Shown in pieces: positions 46,064 to 50,348 of a stretch of DNA of 50,348 nt; position 1 is the first letter of the stretch; the number at the start of each line of letters is the position of its first letter. Source of the DNA: Candidatus Eiseniibacteriota bacterium. GTDB taxonomy: Bacteria > Eisenbacteria > RBG-16-71-46 > CAIMUX01 > VGJL01. The notes beneath the pieces are model-generated. The model saw only the letters and a list, made by a program, of their open reading frames with translations. It did no database searches and was not told the origin of the DNA. A program made the translations under genes and the position numbers. The stretch covers positions 1-50,348 of the forward strand of contig JBHGAY010000034.1 of the NCBI GenBank assembly GCA_041946735.1, read 5' to 3'.

Positions 46064-46750
46064 CTACGAGCGACCGCGGCGCGGCTCGTTCGCCGGCTTC
46101 GCCGTCGGATTCATCGCCTCGACCGGATCGAGGATCTCGCCGTGGAACACCCAGACCTTCACGCCCACCGTCCCGAACGTCGTGACCGCCGTCGCCGTCG
46201 CGTAGTCGATGTCGGCGCGCAGCGTGTGGAGGGGCACCCGGCCCTCGCGGTACCCCTCGGTCCGCGCCATCTCCGCTCCACCGATGCGGCCCGACGCGAC
46301 CACGCGGATTCCCTTCGCGCCCGTGCGCATCGCCTGCGAAACGGCGCGCTTGAGAACCCGGCGGAAGCCGACGCGCTGTTCGAGCTGGCGCGCGATCTGC
46401 TCCGCGATGAGCTGCGCGTTCGATTCGGGACTGTCGATCGCCTTGATGTCGATGAAGACTTCCCGCTTGGTCAGGTGCTGCAGCTCATCTCGGAGCTGAT
46501 TCACCTGCGCGCCGCTCTTGCCGATCACCACTCCGGGCTTCGAGGTGTGAATCGTGATGTCGACCTTGTTCGACGCGCGCTCGATGACCACCTTCGAGAT
46601 CCCGCTGTTCGTCAGGCGCTTCTTGAGGTACCGCTTGATGAAGAGGTCCTCTTCGAGGAGGTTCGCGTACTCCTTCCGCGCGAACCAGCGGGAGTCCCAG
46701 TTCTTGATGATCCCGAGCCTGAGACCGATCGGATTCGTCTTCTGTCCCAA
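46064..46750 (-). CDS. rpsC: 30S ribosomal protein S3
   Basis: [25 protein letters not shown]. Confidence 0.98.
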   Translation of the reverse strand: MGQKTNPIGLRLGIIKNWDSRWFARKEYANLLEEDLFIKRYLKKRLTNSGISKVVIERASNKVDITIHTSKPGVVIGKSGAQVNQLRDELQHLTKREVFIDIKAIDSPESNAQLIAEQIARQLEQRVGFRRVLKRAVSQAMRTGAKGIRVVASGRIGGAEMARTEGYREGRVPLHTLRADIDYATATAVTTFGTVGVKVWVFHGEILDPVEAMNPTAKPANEPRRGRS

Positions 46751-46774
46751 GTTAGCCTCCGCGCCGAAACGCGC

Positions 46775-47122
46775 TTACTTCTTCTTCCGATCGTCGGTGA
46801 CGACGATCGTGATGTGGCTCGTGCGCTTCCAGAACCTCGTGGCCCGGCCATGAGCGCGAGGGAGGAACCGCTTCATGATCGGCCCCGCCCCAGCGACCGC
46901 CATCTTGACGTGGAGATCGTCCGACCGGAGCTTCTCGTCCTTCTTCGTGGCGTTGGCCACCGCCGACTTCAGCACCTTCCCGACCTGGCGGGCGATCGGC
47001 CGCGGAGTGAGGCTCAACACCTCGCTCGCCCGGTCGACCTGCATCCCCCGGATCATCCGGAGGACACTGTCCGCCTTCCTGGGAGAGACCCGCACGTGGC
47101 GGGCGATGCATCTGGCTTCCAT
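46775..47122 (-). CDS. rplV: 50S ribosomal protein L22
   Basis: VSPRKA, LKSAVANA, PRAHGRA, SHITIV; ATG 47122. Confidence 0.97.
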   Translation of the reverse strand: MEARCIARHVRVSPRKADSVLRMIRGMQVDRASEVLSLTPRPIARQVGKVLKSAVANATKKDEKLRSDDLHVKMAVAGAGPIMKRFLPRAHGRATRFWKRTSHITIVVTDDRKKK

Positions 47123-47153
47123 CGTTTCCCCCTCGATCTCGCTACGGCACCCG

Positions 47154-47438
47154 CTACTTCGCCGCCGTGCTGCTCTTGTCGGAGTGCGCGTGCCCGCGGA
47201 ACGTCCGGGTCGGAGCGAACTCGCCCAGCTTGTGGCCGACCATGTTCTCCGAGACATAGATCGGGATGAACTTGTTCCCGTTGTGGACGGCCAGAGTGTG
47301 CCCGACCCATTCCGGGAGAACCGTGCTCCTCCTCGCCCAGGTCCGGATCACCTTCTTCTCACGGGTCTTGTTCATATCCTCGATCCGCTTCGCGAGACGC
47401 TCGTCCACGTACGGACCCTTCTTCAGCGATCGTGCCAT
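47154..47438 (-). CDS. rpsS: 30S ribosomal protein S19
   Basis: [23 protein letters not shown]. Confidence 0.98.
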   Translation of the reverse strand: MARSLKKGPYVDERLAKRIEDMNKTREKKVIRTWARRSTVLPEWVGHTLAVHNGNKFIPIYVSENMVGHKLGEFAPTRTFRGHAHSDKSSTAAK

Positions 47439-47462
47439 CGCAAAACCTCTCCGATCCTTGGC

Positions 47463-48290
47463 CTACTTCGTCCGACGCCGGACGATCAGCTTGTCCGAGA
47501 GCTTCTTCCGCTTCCGTGTCTTGTATCCCTTGGTCGGCTTCCCCCACGGGGTCGTCGGATGCCGGCCTCCGGAGCTCTTGCCCTCGCCCCCGCCCATCGG
47601 GTGGTCGTGAGGGTTCATGACGACGCCTCGATTGCTCGGCCGGCGGCCGAGCCAGCGGGAACGTCCGGCCTTGCCGATCATCACGTTCTCGTGGTCGAGG
47701 TTTCCGACCTTGCCGAGTGTGCAATAGCAGTCGAGGTCGAACATCCGGACCTCGCCGGAGGGAAGCTTCACATGGGCGAAGCGCCCTTCCTTCGCCATCA
47801 CCTGGCACTCGCTTCCGGCCCCGCGCGCGACCTGCCCCCCCTTGCCGGGGATCAGCTCGAGATTGTGCACGCTCGTTCCGAGCGGCACGTTCCGGAGCGG
47901 GAGCGCGTTGCCGTCCCGGATCTCGGCCTCGGGACCCGACATCAGCGTGTCCCCGACCGCGACTCCGAGCGGCGCGATGATGTAGCGCTTCTCGCCGTCC
48001 ACGTAATGGAGGAGGGCGATCCGCGAAGACCGGTTCGGGTCATACTCGATCGCGGCCACCTTCGCCGGGATGCCGTGCTTGTTTCGACGGAAGTCGAGAA
48101 CGCGGTAGCGGCGCTTGTGGCCACCGCCCCGGCACCACGCGGTGACGCGACCGTGATTGTTCCGGCCGCCCGTCCCCTTCTTCTCCCGGAGCAGGGACTT
48201 CTCCGGCTTCTTCTTCGTCAGCTCCGCGAAATCCGAAACCGTCGTGAAACGAAGGCTTGGAGTCGTTGGCTTGAACTTCTTGACAGCCAT
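47463..48290 (-). CDS. rplB: 50S ribosomal protein L2
   Basis: [21 protein letters not shown]. Confidence 0.98.
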   Translation of the reverse strand: MAVKKFKPTTPSLRFTTVSDFAELTKKKPEKSLLREKKGTGGRNNHGRVTAWCRGGGHKRRYRVLDFRRNKHGIPAKVAAIEYDPNRSSRIALLHYVDGEKRYIIAPLGVAVGDTLMSGPEAEIRDGNALPLRNVPLGTSVHNLELIPGKGGQVARGAGSECQVMAKEGRFAHVKLPSGEVRMFDLDCYCTLGKVGNLDHENVMIGKAGRSRWLGRRPSNRGVVMNPHDHPMGGGEGKSSGGRHPTTPWGKPTKGYKTRKRKKLSDKLIVRRRTK

Positions 48291-48318
48291 TTCTCGAACG
48301 CTCCTCCTGTCGGGGAAG

Positions 48319-48609
48319 CTAGACCTGATCGAACAGGTCGATCGTCTGGCCGGGCTTCAGCGTGACGACGGCCTTCTTCCACGAAGAGCGACGTCCACTG
48401 GTCCGCCCGAGTCTCTTGATCTTCCCGAGGACGTTGATCGTCCGGACCTCGAGGACATCGACCTTGAAGATCTCCTCGATCGCATTACCGATCTCGATCT
48501 TGTTCGCGTCGGGACTGACTCGGAACATATAGCTGTTGTTCTTGTTCCGCAGCCGCGCCCCCTTTTCGGTGATCAGCGCCTTCTGGATGATGCTGCGCGG
48601 GTCCTTCAC
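48319..48609 (-). CDS. rplW: 50S ribosomal protein L23
   Basis: GTG start at 48609; [18 protein letters not shown] (3' part of track ORF 48319..49788). Confidence 0.96.
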   Translation of the reverse strand: MKDPRSIIQKALITEKGARLRNKNNSYMFRVSPDANKIEIGNAIEEIFKVDVLEVRTINVLGKIKRLGRTSGRRSSWKKAVVTLKPGQTIDLFDQV

Positions 48610-49238
48610 TTCCCCACCTCGGTTTCCCGCATCCGGTTCACCGTGCTCTCGAGAAGAACGAGGCGGTCGCTGTGGAGAACCTGATACGTGTTGAGGTCGC
48701 GATAGACGGCGGTCCGCACCTTCGGAAGGTTGCGGGCTGCGAGCAAGGTCCTCGGATCGTGCTCGGGTAGCACGAGAAGGATCTTCTGCTCCGACGCCCC
48801 GATGTTCCGCAAAACCTGATACACCTCGCGCGTCTTGGCCTGCTGCAGAGGGAGGTCCGAAAGGACGTCGATCTGCTCGCCGCGCGCCTTCAGGGTCAAT
48901 GCCGAGCGGAGCGCGAGCCGGCGCGTCTTTTTCGGAAGCTCGTAGCTGTAACTGCGCGGCTGCGGCCCGAACGCGCGGCCTCCGCCGACCCAGATCGGCG
49001 AGCGGTTGGAGCCGGAGCGGGCGCGGCCGGTCTTTTTCTGCGACCACGGCTTCTTGCCGCCTCCGCTCACCAGCGCGCGGTTCTTCACGGCGTGCGTGCC
49101 GAGCCGCTGGTTCGCGAGGTAGTTCCGGACGGCCTCCCACATCGCGTGACGCGCGATCCGGGAGCCGAAGGCCCACTCGGGCAGCTCGATCGTTCCCTGC
49201 TGCTCCCCGGTAGGAGCGTAGAGCTTGGCGGTCGGCAT
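48606..49238 (-). CDS. rplD: 50S ribosomal protein L4
   Basis: SGGGKKPWSQKKTGRAR, GGGRAFGP. Confidence 0.97.
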   Translation of the reverse strand: MPTAKLYAPTGEQQGTIELPEWAFGSRIARHAMWEAVRNYLANQRLGTHAVKNRALVSGGGKKPWSQKKTGRARSGSNRSPIWVGGGRAFGPQPRSYSYELPKKTRRLALRSALTLKARGEQIDVLSDLPLQQAKTREVYQVLRNIGASEQKILLVLPEHDPRTLLAARNLPKVRTAVYRDLNTYQVLHSDRLVLLESTVNRMRETEVGK

Positions 49239-49244
49239 CTTCGT

Positions 49245-49880
49245 CTACCCCTTCTTCCGTCCCTTGCCGGCGATGCGAAGCTGGACGAGGGAGTTGATCG
49301 CGCCCGGAACGCAGCCGCGAAGGACGACCAGGTTCCGGTCCTTGTCGACTCGGACGACCTGCAGGTTCTTCGTCGTGATCCGCTTGTTGCCCATCTGTCC
49401 CGGCAGGCGCTTCCCCTTGATGACGTGCGACGGCCACGCCGACGCTCCGATCGATCCGGGCATGTCTTTCGTCTTGCAGCCGTGGCTCTCGGGACCGCCC
49501 CGGAAGTGGTGGCGCTTCACGACACCCTGGAAGCCTCGCCCGATGCTCGTGCCGATCACGTCCACCCGGCTGCCCACCTCGAACAGGTCGACCGTGAGCT
49601 TGTCGCCCGGCTTGTACTCGCCCGACTCGGTCCGGAACTCCCGGAGATGGCGGACGGGACCACAACCGTGGGACTTCAGGTGTCCGATCTCGGCCTTGGT
49701 CAGCTTCGTCTCCTTCACGTCGCCCCATCCGAGCTGCAAGGCGCTGTAGCCGTGCTTCTCGGCGGTGCGGACCTCGACGACGCTGCACGGGCCGGCCTCG
49801 ATGACCGTCACGGGAACGGCGGCGCCGTTCTCGAGGAACACCTGCGTCATCCCCACCTTTCGCCCGATCAGACCCAACAT
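49245..49880 (-). CDS. rplC: 50S ribosomal protein L3
   Basis: [29 protein letters not shown] 49880. Confidence 0.97.
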   Translation of the reverse strand: MLGLIGRKVGMTQVFLENGAAVPVTVIEAGPCSVVEVRTAEKHGYSALQLGWGDVKETKLTKAEIGHLKSHGCGPVRHLREFRTESGEYKPGDKLTVDLFEVGSRVDVIGTSIGRGFQGVVKRHHFRGGPESHGCKTKDMPGSIGASAWPSHVIKGKRLPGQMGNKRITTKNLQVVRVDKDRNLVVLRGCVPGAINSLVQLRIAGKGRKKG

Positions 49881-49962
49881 CGCTTTGCCCTCCGGCAGTC
49901 CTCTCGACCCGACGGTCGATCCGAGCCCCAACGGCCCGGCCGATCCCGGTCGAGCCCGATTC

Positions 49963-50271
49963 CTACAGCTTGATCTCGATGTCGACGCCCGCAGGCAGCT
50001 CCAGCTTCATCAGGGCCTCGATGAGCTGGGGAGAGGACTGCGTGATGTCGATCAGTCTCTTGTGCACCCGGATCTCGAACTGCTCCCTGGACTTCTTGTC
50101 CACGTGCGGGGACCGCAGCACGGTGTAGATCGTCTTCTTCGTCGGCAGCGGAATCGGGCCGGCCGTGATCGCGCCGGTCCGCCGGGCCGTCTGCACGATC
50201 TGACCGGCAGACTTGTCCAGGATGTGATGGTCGTACGACCTGAGCTTGATCCGGATCTTCTGGGTCACCAC
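49963..50271 (-). CDS. rpsJ: 30S ribosomal protein S10
   Basis: [25 protein letters not shown]. Confidence 0.98.
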   Translation of the reverse strand: MVTQKIRIKLRSYDHHILDKSAGQIVQTARRTGAITAGPIPLPTKKTIYTVLRSPHVDKKSREQFEIRVHKRLIDITQSSPQLIEALMKLELPAGVDIEIKL

Positions 50272-50290
50272 GTCCGAAGCCCCTTTCCGC

Positions 50291-50348
50291 TTACTCGAGG
50301 ATCTCGGTCACGACGCCGGCGCCGACCGTCCGGCCGCCCTCGCGAATG
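50291..50348 (-). CDS. tuf: elongation factor Tu, C-terminal fragment (runs off window)
   Basis: hand translation [22 protein letters not shown] immediately upstream of rpsJ. Confidence 0.95.
   Translation of the reverse strand, partial: IREGGRTVGAGVVTEILE

Noticed and set aside
33969..48365. Long + strand ORFs (628, 1122, 591, 600, 496 aa) across the ribosomal cluster
   Set aside because: Antisense to unambiguous ribosomal, secY and rpoA genes

Overview
High-GC bacterial chromosome window, probably from an FCB-group candidate lineage such as Ca. Eisenbacteria or Krumholzibacteria. That placement is inferred only from the FlgD-Ig and ...SWGxVxxxFR C-terminal motifs of two secreted proteins. 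The window has three blocks. (1) 1-8.2 kb is a visibly lower-GC secreted-protein operon: a small Cys-rich protein, a 1904-aa gingipain/C25-like multidomain protein whose catalytic Cys position appears to be Ser, and a beta-helix protein. (2) About 8.8-27.1 kb is a phage-derived integrative element next to the 3' end of tRNA-Asn(GTT). It carries DUF2924 plus a large serine recombinase, a primase-helicase followed by an iteron/AT-rich origin, a lambda-like cos site, a ParB-DNA methyltransferase, five small opposite-strand genes, and TerS and TerL(GpA). No portal, capsid or tail genes are present in the window. Defence-like cargo comprises a TIR protein and a PIN-like/HEPN-like protein. The most novel signal is a 74-84 nt structured RNA motif present twice, with compensatory base changes, in the 5' leaders of both the replication gene and the recombinase operon, next to a gene with a candidate RNA-binding (YezD/DUF2292-like) region. 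(3) 27.3-50.3 kb is host core: prmA, moaA, a MarR regulator, a HAD/ECH fusion, a methyltransferase, and the S10-spc-alpha ribosomal cluster (no infA) ending in the 3' end of tuf. All domain calls are from motif recognition by eye; no searches were run.
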